A program made the translations under genes and the position numbers. From an uncultured virus (IMG/VR IMGVR_UViG_2838736955_000001) (taxonomy: Duplodnaviria > Heunggongvirae > Uroviricota > Caudoviricetes), in the IMG/VR virus record IMGVR_UViG_2838736955_000001: a stretch of DNA of 64,000 nt; one strand, given 5' to 3'. This document shows, in pieces, positions 7,819 to 16,465 of this stretch; the first letter of the stretch is position 1, and the number at the start of each line of letters is the position of its first letter. Below the pieces are notes generated by a model. The model was given only the letters and a program-made list of their open reading frames with translations. It did no database searches and was not told where the DNA came from.

Positions 7819-8916
7819 CTACAAGGCCCGGGGACGAAGTCTTCCGCCAAAAAAGCCGGCAGCTTTCCGCCCCGCGGCGATGCCTGGTACCTCAATGTAA
7901 GCATTTGCCAGCCAAGCCAGCGGAAGCGTAATGAGGAATGTCAAGAATGCGGAGAGGATGAAAACTACCCACCCCTGATCGAAGCCGGCAATACGGACGC
8001 CGTTATAGACTAGAGTGAGAATATTGAAGTGCAGGAGATAAAGCGGAAAAGAGATGTCTCCTAAGACCTGGAAGACCTTTGCAGCAAGTAGCCTCGGCCA
8101 CGACGTAAGAAACATTACGGCCATGACTGGAGCGATTAATACAGTCTCGGCCATCACCACGAGAGGGCTTGTATTTACATTCAACTCCGGCGCAACCCAG
8201 TGGGCTACTGGACGCACGAAGTTGAACGCTAGCAGAAACCCGATCGACACAACGCTGGCCATCACCGGTGTTGTTCTAAGCACTTCTCGAGTACCGACGA
8301 CGAACGGTATGCAAGCCCCGACAAAGAATGGGACCAGAAAAATCTGGAGTTGATAGGGTGTTGAGACCGGCACGTAAGCCAGCGCGGATATCGCGACCAG
8401 CCACAGCCAGCGAAAACGAGATGCAGCGGCAACAGCCAGAAATGGCATGAGCGCAGAAGCGACGATTTCGATGAAAATAGACCAACTTGGCCCGTTTATT
8501 TTGAGTGTCGCCCCAACAAACCCGACGAGAAATACGTCAATTCTAAATGGCCCCGTCAGCGGCTCTTGGTATGGCAGTTGGGGGTGAATAGAAGCGACGA
8601 AGACACCCGATGCTATATTGACCACGATCATAAGCGGCATCAGTCGAAATGCCCTGCGAATGTAGAATTTTGTCAGTTCCGAGACACCACCAGAGGCCTC
8701 CAAGGCTGAGGGTGACAAGACAATCCCGCTCATCACAAAGAAAAGCACTACCGCCGCAGATGCATTGAATAGCCCTGACGGAAGGGAAAAACCACTTCCG
8801 TATTGTGTTGCAATGTTGGCTGTGTGGCCGAGAACGACTATGCATGCGGCAATACCGCGAGCACCGTGTAACGACATAGAAAACTTTTGGTCATTTACAG
8901 GAGTAGCGTGGGTCAC
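7819..8916 (-). CDS. Acyltransferase 3 family (OafA/Oac-like O-acyltransferase)
   Basis: LHGARGIAA..VVLGH, AVVLFFVMSG, FYIRRAFRLMP, WSI..E, LGDISFPLYLLH, IEVP; multi-TM. Confidence 0.9.
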   Translation of the reverse strand: MTHATPVNDQKFSMSLHGARGIAACIVVLGHTANIATQYGSGFSLPSGLFNASAAVVLFFVMSGIVLSPSALEASGGVSELTKFYIRRAFRLMPLMIVVNIASGVFVASIHPQLPYQEPLTGPFRIDVFLVGFVGATLKINGPSWSIFIEIVASALMPFLAVAAASRFRWLWLVAISALAYVPVSTPYQLQIFLVPFFVGACIPFVVGTREVLRTTPVMASVVSIGFLLAFNFVRPVAHWVAPELNVNTSPLVVMAETVLIAPVMAVMFLTSWPRLLAAKVFQVLGDISFPLYLLHFNILTLVYNGVRIAGFDQGWVVFILSAFLTFLITLPLAWLANAYIEVPGIAAGRKAAGFFGGRLRPRAL

Positions 8917-9046
8917 TTGCGGATCTCAACTTGAGGTTATGCGCTAAAGTGCATGGTCCATCGAAATCCGCAAGTGGTACGCGCGGTAAGATCTCCGCTC
9001 ACCGACACCTGATGGCACGAGCTAGACTTACGATGCTCAAGTTCTA

Positions 9047-9283
9047 CTAGGCGGTGCCCAGTAGGTTCTCACCCGCAGCCCTGAGATCGTCCATTGAGAC
9101 GTTGACCCTTGCATCAGTTGAGCCGGGCGCAGCAACGATAGCCGGGCCTCGCATGGCCGGCTCGCCATCGACCTGAGCGAAGACGTAGAAGCACGCGTCA
9201 TCCATTCCCTGATTTTGCAACCCCGCAACGACGTGCGTATCGAAATGCTCCCGCAGATCCTTGTTTACTTTCTCGATCTTCAT
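9047..9283 (-). CDS. Hypothetical protein
   Basis: GGAGA RBS; follows the tailspike gene. Confidence 0.6.
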   Translation of the reverse strand: MKIEKVNKDLREHFDTHVVAGLQNQGMDDACFYVFAQVDGEPAMRGPAIVAAPGSTDARVNVSMDDLRAAGENLLGTA

Positions 9284-9294
9284 TTTCCCGTCTC

Positions 9295-10839
9295 CTACGC
9301 CGCAATCTTGGTGATGAGGTCCGGCCCCTTGTCGCGGATGATGATTTCCTCCCCGACGTTCTGAACGTGCAGGCCGTCGCGCGTGACCGTGCCAGCCGTG
9401 GTGACAGTCGTTGCTGCAACAGCTGCCGGGTTCGGGAAGCTGCCATTATAATTCTTATTGACCCGGAACGTGGTGGCCGTGAGCTGTTCCACGATCATGG
9501 TGCTGTCCTTGATGTTCAGCGCTGCATCGTAAAGGTAGTCGTTCGGCTTGAAGGTGCCCGTTACAGTGCCGCCAGCCGTGAAGGTCGTGCCAGAGATTGC
9601 GCCGGCCGTGCAGCTTGCCGGCGTGCGAGCCGCGAGGCCAACGTCTGCGGAAACCGGATAAAGGCCTTCCCGCGTCGGATCGAGCGCATCGGCGATGTCC
9701 CACACGTAATCCTCGCCAACAATACCGGCGCGAATGCCATTGTTGAGTGTGAATATACGGTACTGGTTGCCGCTGTTATAGGCGCCGATATTCTGGTTTG
9801 CCTTCGTGACGAACACATCGGAAGAGCTGACGTAAGGATAGATCGTTTCCCCGATGATGATGAGATCGGATTTGATCGCCTTGAGGTTGGCAGCGCATGT
9901 GGCACGGTTGGCAAGGATCGTCGCTGCGGTCTGCGCATTTCCGATGTCGTTGGTGCCGTAGGCCGTGATCAGATGCGTCCAATATCCCTTGGCGAGCAAC
10001 TGATAGAAATAGGTATGAGACCCGGCGTTCCACTGCGACAGGAGCGTGGCACTCATGGCGAAGTTGGAATAACCGAAGACAGGACCCAGGATGCGGGTTT
10101 CCGGTCCGTTGTCGTAATTGGCCTGCAGGTTGGTGCCAGCGCCGCCAGCCGGGCGGCTATCTCCGATGATAACAGGCGACGGGGATGTCTTGGACGTGGC
10201 TATGACCATAGGAGCATAGACAGCACCGGATATGGAGCCGGAACCAGCCATCACCTTGTCATTGTCTGTGGTGCCAAGTTCGCAGAATTCCCCCGGCGCG
10301 CTTCCCCATTGGCTCTGGTTGCCGCCTGCAAGCTGCGTCCAGGTCACACCATTTGGGCCGACCACGTAGACGCGCATGAAGAAAATTGCGCCCCATGGGA
10401 TAACAACAGGATTTGCCGTCGTTCCGAATGTCAGCTTTGTGTTGCCGATAGGATGAGGCACGGCGGCGTTTCCGGCCGCGATACACTCGTTCGCAAGGAC
10501 TGGCGTGCTGCCGGCCGGATATTCGATTGCGACTTTGATAGTCGCACCAGCATAGCCATCCACTTCGCCGGCATTGCTGAATGCCCAGTTCGCATACTCA
10601 ACGACCGGGTTATACATCCGTTCGCGAGCGATATGGAAAGTCCGGCTCATATTGCGAGTGATCGAAGCGTTGCGGTTATTGCAGGGGAAGCATCGGGTCG
10701 CAGCGTTGCCGACGTATGCCGGGCGCGGAGCCATGACATCTGCATCGACGCGCACCAGCTGGCCTGCAGCGTTGACCGCCAGCAGGGAGGCAGCCAGGCC
10801 GAGGAGGACAGTCTTTACGTTTTTCTGAATTGTAGCCAT
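9295..10839 (-). CDS. SGNH/GDSL esterase-domain virion protein (putative tailspike/deacetylase)
   Basis: IIGDS, YGTND and DGLH blocks. Confidence 0.8.
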   Translation of the reverse strand: MATIQKNVKTVLLGLAASLLAVNAAGQLVRVDADVMAPRPAYVGNAATRCFPCNNRNASITRNMSRTFHIARERMYNPVVEYANWAFSNAGEVDGYAGATIKVAIEYPAGSTPVLANECIAAGNAAVPHPIGNTKLTFGTTANPVVIPWGAIFFMRVYVVGPNGVTWTQLAGGNQSQWGSAPGEFCELGTTDNDKVMAGSGSISGAVYAPMVIATSKTSPSPVIIGDSRPAGGAGTNLQANYDNGPETRILGPVFGYSNFAMSATLLSQWNAGSHTYFYQLLAKGYWTHLITAYGTNDIGNAQTAATILANRATCAANLKAIKSDLIIIGETIYPYVSSSDVFVTKANQNIGAYNSGNQYRIFTLNNGIRAGIVGEDYVWDIADALDPTREGLYPVSADVGLAARTPASCTAGAISGTTFTAGGTVTGTFKPNDYLYDAALNIKDSTMIVEQLTATTFRVNKNYNGSFPNPAAVAATTVTTAGTVTRDGLHVQNVGEEIIIRDKGPDLITKIAA

Positions 10840-10841
10840 GG

Positions 10842-11042
10842 CTATGCGGCCTCCATCGTGAGGATGTATTCGTTGCCGTCGAGATCGTCGAAGGTGAGGA
10901 TGTATTCGGAAGCATCAGGGTTATCGAAGGTCACGATGAACGTGCCGTCATCGACCTCACCGCCCTGTACCGGGGCGCCTCCAAGTGAGGCCAAAGATTG
11001 CGGCAGGCGGAGGCCGACCAGAGAAGAACCAAGCCCAGCCAT
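10842..11042 (-). CDS. Small virion-associated protein
   Basis: Coupled ORF in the tail operon; internal repeat EYILT. Confidence 0.55.
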   Translation of the reverse strand: MAGLGSSLVGLRLPQSLASLGGAPVQGGEVDDGTFIVTFDNPDASEYILTFDDLDGNEYILTMEAA

Positions 11043-11359
11043 TACGCGGCCACCCAAGCCAGCTTATCACCCGGCTGAACCCCGATGTCATAGGGCTGGG
11101 CTGTTGTGGCGCGGACGAGAACACGAGGGCTAACCGTAGCATCGGGATTTGGACCGACGGAGACCCAGACGTCTGCCGAGGATTCGACCCGGAAGATTGG
11201 ATTGCCGAGTTCGGCACCGCCCGGGGCTGCCTGCGTGGTGGGCGTTCCGCTCGCAGGAGCCTGAGACCAGCGGACGTTAGAAAGCACCGGCTGGACGGAT
11301 CGGTTGGCACTCGGAACGCCAGCAAAACCGCATACGACATGGAGGCCTGAGAAAGCCAT
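11042..11359 (-). CDS. Small beta-rich virion protein
   Basis: GAGG RBS; tail operon context. Confidence 0.65.
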   Translation of the reverse strand: MAFSGLHVVCGFAGVPSANRSVQPVLSNVRWSQAPASGTPTTQAAPGGAELGNPIFRVESSADVWVSVGPNPDATVSPRVLVRATTAQPYDIGVQPGDKLAWVAA

Positions 11360-11392
11360 GGGGATTACCTCACGATGTTGGGGTTGGTAGTA

Positions 11393-11977
11393 TTAGTTGC
11401 CGATCGCTCGGACAGTGATTGAGACGCCTGCGCCTGCCTTCTGGAAAGGGCCGGTTGTCAGCAACAGCGTGCCCCGCGAAACCATAACCTGCACTTGGCA
11501 ACCGGCCTTTGTGCCCGATCCAGAGACAACCTTGCCGGTGATCATCTGTTCGTTTGACCAATCTTCGATCACGTCGATATCCGGAGTTGCTTCGAAGGCA
11601 GGAGAGAAAGAAATGGTCGCGATGCCTGTGCTCGTGGTAGAGCCGGAAAACCGTTCTATCCGTTTGGGCGGTCCCGCTGCACCCGGTGTACCATCCTTCC
11701 CGGCGACACCTGGCGAGCCGTCTTTACCTGCCACGCCCTGAACACCCTGCAATCCATCTTTCCCCGGCAAGCCGTCTTTGCCAGCTGCTCCATCCTTCCC
11801 GGCGGCTCCGGGAGCGCCCGGAGCACCGTCTTTACCGTCCTTGCCGGGATCGCCCTTGATTGTTTGCGCCTTGTTGGCGATGGACTGAACATCAGTCTTC
11901 ACCGCCTTACCGTCCTGAATGACGATTGCGCCCTCGGAACCGGTCAGTGGGCCAGCGTCAGGTATCTTCTTCGCCAT
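11393..11977 (-). CDS. Collagen-like (Gly-X-Y) fibre protein
   Basis: About 20 Gly-X-Y triplets (GKDG repeats). Confidence 0.8.
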   Translation of the reverse strand: MAKKIPDAGPLTGSEGAIVIQDGKAVKTDVQSIANKAQTIKGDPGKDGKDGAPGAPGAAGKDGAAGKDGLPGKDGLQGVQGVAGKDGSPGVAGKDGTPGAAGPPKRIERFSGSTTSTGIATISFSPAFEATPDIDVIEDWSNEQMITGKVVSGSGTKAGCQVQVMVSRGTLLLTTGPFQKAGAGVSITVRAIGN

Positions 11978-11979
11978 CG

Positions 11980-12417
11980 TCAGGTCTCCGGTGCAAGAAG
12001 CTGATCCGCGCGAGCCGAACCGAAGGCGTTGGCAAGCATCTCATGAAGCGTGGCCCAGAGCGGATCATTCGATGCGAGATAGGTGGCCGCCATATAGATT
12101 TGCTTCAAGCGCGCGCCGGTCTCGCTCATGACAGCGTCCATTACGGCAGCTTCTTCATCCGTCATTCGGAGCCATGGCGTCGTTTTCGAGATCTGATAAA
12201 GCGCGGGTTCTGGTTGGGGCGGCACAAAAGGGCCAATCTCTGAAGAATGCTCTTCAATCCAGCCCGCCAGATATTCACCTATCGGGCCGGCATAGGGGTC
12301 ATTCGACCGGTAAACGTTGCTGACGAGTTCAGTGCCACTATCGCCGTCTATTTGAATTCGAAAGAAGACTTCACCGCTAGCACCATGCGACGCAGATATT
12401 ACCTGAACTGTGGTCAT
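11980..12417 (-). CDS. Putative tail fibre assembly/chaperone protein
   Basis: ATGA-coupled directly after the tail fibre gene. Confidence 0.55.
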   Translation of the reverse strand: MTTVQVISASHGASGEVFFRIQIDGDSGTELVSNVYRSNDPYAGPIGEYLAGWIEEHSSEIGPFVPPQPEPALYQISKTTPWLRMTDEEAAVMDAVMSETGARLKQIYMAATYLASNDPLWATLHEMLANAFGSARADQLLAPET

Positions 12418-13541
12418 GTCGCTGTCCTCTGAAAAATAGCCACGCCGTTGCCGATGTATCCGCGGCACCGCCACGTTCCCGACAATGCCGCGCCCGACCC
12501 GCCGACCCGATAATAGACATTGCTATCAGGATTGAGCCTTATTACCGCGGAGGCGTTTCTATCGATCTGACCACCTGTATCGGCCACGTTGATGTAAGAG
12601 CCGACCGGAAAGTTCGTATTTCCGGCAGACGTTCCCGTGTAAAAAAGATCGGCTACATCGAGAGTGGCAAGACCGCCGAGGCCCATGGCCGACCGAGCCG
12701 TTGCAGCCGTCGTACCGATTGCAAGGTGGTTATGATTGGCCTGCGTCCAAATCTGCGAGCCGTTTAGGTACGCATTGGTCGTATCCATTTCGAACTGGGC
12801 GAAGGTGGTCCAGCTCGTTGAACCGTCCGCCTGCTTCTGCAGATACCAGTTGTTTGCATCGACGATCAGGCGAGTGTTGTAAGAGCCTGCCGTCGTATCG
12901 ATGAAATTGATCGTAGGCGCGGTGCTCGTGATTGCGAGCGTGCCGCTGATGCCCAAGTTCGTGATGTTGCCATATCCGCCCGACAGGGCTGAGTTCGGAA
13001 GTATGCCGGTAAGGTCAGCCGCGCTACCACTCGACGCAACTGCCGCCAGCCCAAGGTTCGATCTCGCCGCCGCGGCCGACGAAGCTCCGGTACCGCCGTT
13101 TGCAATAGAGAGATCGGCGCCTGACCAGTTTGCGTCGTTGACGGACCCGAGAGTTGCCAGCGAGCCGAGACCTAGCGTCGTCCGAGCTGCGGCAGCATCG
13201 GCGTCGTCGATAAGCGATCGGCCGTACGTTGTAATGGATGTCACCGCAACCGCATCTGGCGCCGTCGTGTAGATGATCTGGTTGGCCGCTGTGGTCAGAC
13301 CCGCGATTGCCTGCAGCAGAACATCATATGCCTGCACGTCGGTCCCTGGCGTCAGACCGAGTGCCGTTCGAGCCGCCGTCGCATTCGTCGCGCCCGTGCC
13401 GCCGGCGGTGATAGGCCGAGCAGCGTTCGCGTCGGCTGCAATGTCGTCCAGAAACGCGTTATATTTCGAGCTTTGGATCGTTGTTCCCGGAGTTCCTTTT
13501 GAACCCGCCGGGATACTGTATACCCCTCCAGTTCTTGGCAA
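12414..13541 (-). CDS. Tail fibre protein
   Basis: [11 protein letters not shown]-terminal anchor; repeated GGTGA..AAAAR..LGL units; C-terminal GTWRCRG. Confidence 0.8.
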   Translation of the reverse strand: MPRTGGVYSIPAGSKGTPGTTIQSSKYNAFLDDIAADANAARPITAGGTGATNATAARTALGLTPGTDVQAYDVLLQAIAGLTTAANQIIYTTAPDAVAVTSITTYGRSLIDDADAAAARTTLGLGSLATLGSVNDANWSGADLSIANGGTGASSAAAARSNLGLAAVASSGSAADLTGILPNSALSGGYGNITNLGISGTLAITSTAPTINFIDTTAGSYNTRLIVDANNWYLQKQADGSTSWTTFAQFEMDTTNAYLNGSQIWTQANHNHLAIGTTAATARSAMGLGGLATLDVADLFYTGTSAGNTNFPVGSYINVADTGGQIDRNASAVIRLNPDSNVYYRVGGSGAALSGTWRCRGYIGNGVAIFQRTAT

Positions 13542-13562
13542 ATTCGTATCCTTTCGCCCATA

Positions 13563-13592
13563 GAAAAAGGCGGCCCCGAGGAACCGCCCTAT
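13563..13592 (-). terminator. Terminator after the antirepressor operon
   Basis: GGCGG/CCGCC stem followed by TTTTTCTA on the minus strand. Confidence 0.55.
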
Positions 13593-13616
13593 TGCTGGTT
13601 TTCAAATCTGGTTCGC

Positions 13617-13874
13617 CTAAGCGACCATCCCCTGTATCGAGACGTTGGACGCATCGATATCGGTGAAGGCAGCCCACCTGAGATCAGGTCGCATTTCCGA
13701 GAGCGCTTCCAGAAGCGCATTGGTGTGGTACCGGGCGACTTCCGCTGGCGTCGCGGCCTTTAGGAAGTCGTCCACAGAGACGGGCACCACCGGCGTTTCC
13801 GGCGCGTTGGTAGCCGCGTGAGACGTTGCCGCAATGACAAGGCCGGCTTTCAGGACTGTGCGGCGGTTCATCAC
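13617..13874 (-). CDS. Hypothetical protein with a twin-arginine-like N-terminus
   Basis: MNRRTVLKAG; coupled to the antirepressor gene. Confidence 0.55.
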   Translation of the reverse strand: MMNRRTVLKAGLVIAATSHAATNAPETPVVPVSVDDFLKAATPAEVARYHTNALLEALSEMRPDLRWAAFTDIDASNVSIQGMVA

Positions 13875-14590
13875 GCAGGTTCCATCGGCTTAGGAAACGC
13901 CTTCGCCAAGATAGTAAGTCCCTTGGCGGTGACGCGGACCTGAGTGGACGACCATTCCGTGCCATCAGGACGCGGGCCGGTGGTAATCTTGTGCTCCAAG
14001 CAGCCCGAAGCAATCTTCGACTGGTAGGCAAGATCGTCCGAAGTGCCAGGGCGACGGTATGTCCAGCCGTTTGTTCTCATCCATCGGATCAGGACGTTGG
14101 GTGACACGCCGAGGTTTTTCGCGGCAACGGTACGGTTAAACGTGCCATGTGATTCCGCAATCCGGTCCAGCGCCTCGACGCCCTCCCGCATCTCCTCGAC
14201 CTCGCCTTGAAGCTCGATCACTTTGTTCACGTTGTCGAGTAGCAGTGCCCGGAGGCTGGACGGGTCGTTCAGGTCAAAACGGGGCTTCGCGGCCTCCCCT
14301 TCCAATTCACGAAGCCGGCGTACCACCCGAAGCCGAAGCTCCGCGCTATATCCGAGGATCAGAGTTTCGGTGTGATCGCGATCGAGATGGTACTCAGTCT
14401 GCTCGCGGTTTCGGCTGTCTCGATAGATGCGCTCAAATTTGAGCGCATTGCCGCCAAGGTCCGAGAGCATCTTTTCGATGTCACGTTTGACGTTCTTGTG
14501 CTCCTTCTCCGTCAGTTCCGCGATTTCGCGGCTCGACATGGTGAGCGAGTTGCCGATTTGCACAGGCATGCGTTTGCTGCTATCTTCCAT
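13871..14590 (-). CDS. Rha-family/KilA-C (ANT) phage antirepressor
   Basis: TMSSREIAELTEKEHKNVKRDI (Rha) plus AAKNLG...W.Y...QVRVTAKGL (KilAC). Confidence 0.9.
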   Translation of the reverse strand: MEDSSKRMPVQIGNSLTMSSREIAELTEKEHKNVKRDIEKMLSDLGGNALKFERIYRDSRNREQTEYHLDRDHTETLILGYSAELRLRVVRRLRELEGEAAKPRFDLNDPSSLRALLLDNVNKVIELQGEVEEMREGVEALDRIAESHGTFNRTVAAKNLGVSPNVLIRWMRTNGWTYRRPGTSDDLAYQSKIASGCLEHKITTGPRPDGTEWSSTQVRVTAKGLTILAKAFPKPMEPA

Positions 14591-14641
14591 AGCGCATTCC
14601 TTTCTTCATCGATTGTGGTGCTGAATTGAGCGGGACGGTTC

Positions 14642-14821
14642 CTACGCCGTGGTCCCGCTCTTTTCGTTTTGTGGCTGGCTATCCCAGCCCGATCCGACTT
14701 TCAGGCAGCGTACGATTTCTCCGCTGAAACTCCTGTCATTCTTTGCAGCGTTCACCTTCAAAAGCTTCCGCAAACTTGAGGGGACTACGATGGTAATACG
14801 CACATGGTCTTCTTCGGTCAT
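14642..14821 (-). CDS. Arc-like ribbon-helix-helix repressor
   Basis: RITIVVPSSLRKLLKVNAAKNDRSFSGEIV..L. Confidence 0.8.
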   Translation of the reverse strand: MTEEDHVRITIVVPSSLRKLLKVNAAKNDRSFSGEIVRCLKVGSGWDSQPQNEKSGTTA

Positions 14822-14831
14822 TTCCTTCCTT

Positions 14832-14922
14832 TCACGAATTTCGTGAGGCAACGTAAATATGTCATTCACGAATTTCGTGGTCAATAGTGTTTATTGACTT
14901 TTTTCACGAGCGTCGTGATAAA
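14832..14922. promoter_or_regulatory. Three palindromic operators TCACGA-N3-TCGTG(A/G) overlapping divergent promoters
   Basis: Sites at 14832-14846, 14866-14880 and 14904-14918; TTGACT at 14894 (+) and TTGACC at 14884-14879 (-). Confidence 0.8.
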
Positions 14923-14927
14923 GCGTA

Positions 14928-15317
14928 ATGACCAGAGATGATGGCTACACGCGATACACCGTTAGGATCCCAACCCCGCTATACGAGAGGGTGAAGGAGG
15001 CTGCTGGCGAAAAGTCGGTCAATGCGGAAATCCTTGATACCCTTCAAAAAGCGTATCCGCCAAAATCTATTGATATTAACCTGTTATCCGACTTTCTCTC
15101 CAGTCTGATCGGGGTCAGCGCACCCGATGGCGACCAGAGCTATCTCGACTACATAAACTCAGCTCTCTCAGATGCAGATCAGCCGTGGACCGTGCGAGCG
15201 GGATGGGACGGGGAAATAAGCTTCTTCCCCTACGCGACCGATGCTTCTTCCAAAAAGACGCCTCGCATTCCTGGCGACGATGACGACGCCCGCATCGCTC
15301 GCAAGAACAAGCCCTAA
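14928..15317 (+). CDS. Mnt/Arc-like RHH repressor with C-terminal extension
   Basis: RYTVRIPTPLYERVKEAA..KSVNAEI...L; divergent from the arc-like gene. Confidence 0.75.
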   Translation: MTRDDGYTRYTVRIPTPLYERVKEAAGEKSVNAEILDTLQKAYPPKSIDINLLSDFLSSLIGVSAPDGDQSYLDYINSALSDADQPWTVRAGWDGEISFFPYATDASSKKTPRIPGDDDDARIARKNKP

Positions 15318-15579
15318 ACCTCCTTTTCTGATCGTGACCTCACTAAGCCGTTCACATTTGGCGCTGTAAAGCTCGCCCTAGATTTCTAGGGCGCGGGGTA
15401 TCGGGTTGAGCAAAACCAACACCTTGACCTATCTAATCTCCTCACCCTGTGATTTTTTGATGAAATGCGGGGGTGTAGTTATCCACAGGCTTATCTGCGG
15501 CGGAGTTTAACGATGTTCTGATTTCGGATTCGACTTTATCTCGCATTTTTGCTGAGGTTGATCCTAGCTGGAGGATCGA

Positions 15580-15903
15580 ATGAAACGCGTTGCCGCTGCA
15601 GTAGTAATTACTGCGATTTCTTCGCATGCAAATGCCGCGTTCGTAAGCGGGAATGACTTGCTCGAATTCTGCGATCAGTTCCGAGCGTCTTCTACCGGGT
15701 ACGTTTTAGGGGCCGTCGATACAATTTTAGTGTCTCAAGATAATGGGAACGTTCGGAAAACAGTTTGCCTCAGAGGCGGGGCAACTGGAGGGCAATTGAC
15801 CGATATTGTCTGCCAATATCTTAGAAAAAACCCTGCAGTCAGAGATTTTGGCGGCCCCGCTCTTGTCTCGATGGCTCTATCTCAGGCGTTCCCATGTCAG
15901 TGA
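15580..15903 (+). CDS. Rap1a/Tai-family immunity-like periplasmic protein
   Basis: Signal peptide; SGNDLL..C...GYVLG..D...C...Q...IV..YL..NP...LV..AL..AFPC. Confidence 0.8.
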   Translation: MKRVAAAVVITAISSHANAAFVSGNDLLEFCDQFRASSTGYVLGAVDTILVSQDNGNVRKTVCLRGGATGGQLTDIVCQYLRKNPAVRDFGGPALVSMALSQAFPCQ

Positions 15904-16289
15904 TCCGGATCATTCCACTAGCCCTTGTCGCTATAGCTCTGGCCAGCTGCGAAACAACACCGGTCGAACAACTTACTTACTCCGAGAAAAAAGCTCTTGC
16001 TCAGAAGATGGTCGACCGATGCCTTGCGCAAGGGATCCCATTGAAGTCACCAGAGATGATGACATGCGCCCATTCTGAATTGGACCGAGACATCGCCTTG
16101 CGCAACGCAAACGCTTCTCGCGCTACCAACGCCCGTCTGGCTATCGCCAATGGCATATCATCCTACGGACAAACCCTGCAGCAAAACGCAGCTAGCTATA
16201 ATGCAACACGGCCGGTAAACTGCACGACTACGCCGCACAGCACATTTGTTGGTGGCGCACCTTCGAGCTACACAACGAGCTGCTATTGA
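15894..16289 (+). CDS. Lipoprotein
   Basis: Lipobox LASC; paired cysteines. Confidence 0.75.
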   Translation: MSVIRIIPLALVAIALASCETTPVEQLTYSEKKALAQKMVDRCLAQGIPLKSPEMMTCAHSELDRDIALRNANASRATNARLAIANGISSYGQTLQQNAASYNATRPVNCTTTPHSTFVGGAPSSYTTSCY

Positions 16290-16465
16290 ACACTATCGAC
16301 CACGACCCGAACGAGCATCACAAGTACCCCAACTATGGCGAACGACGCTGGGCGGAGGAAAAGCACGGGCGACCGGCCACGCCACTCGACTTGGTGAACT
16401 ATATCTGGCCCATCGCATGTGTTGCGGTGGCCCTGTTTCTGTGGCGGAACGGCTGGCCCTTCTAG
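16286..16465 (+). CDS. Small membrane protein (59 aa, MNTIDHDPNEHH...)
   Basis: TTG start overlapping the upstream stop; C-terminal TM; read by hand. Confidence 0.5.
   Translation: MNTIDHDPNEHHKYPNYGERRWAEEKHGRPATPLDLVNYIWPIACVAVALFLWRNGWPF

Noticed and set aside
11084..11100. GATGTCATAGGGCTGGG, resembling the cassette repeat
   Set aside because: Lies inside a coding sequence and has an insertion relative to the consensus; likely chance.
9367..11133. 588-aa plus-strand ORF
   Set aside because: Antisense shadow of the SGNH and neighbouring genes; no motifs. The same applies to 26973-27839, 44806-46236 and 50558-51778.
12414..13541. Diversity-generating retroelement or invertible tail-fibre switch
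   Set aside because: No reverse transcriptase, invertase, TR/VR pair or inverted fibre copies seen in the window.
15479..15487. Perfect DnaA box TTATCCACA
   Set aside because: Single copy with no origin-like context; could be chance or minor regulation.
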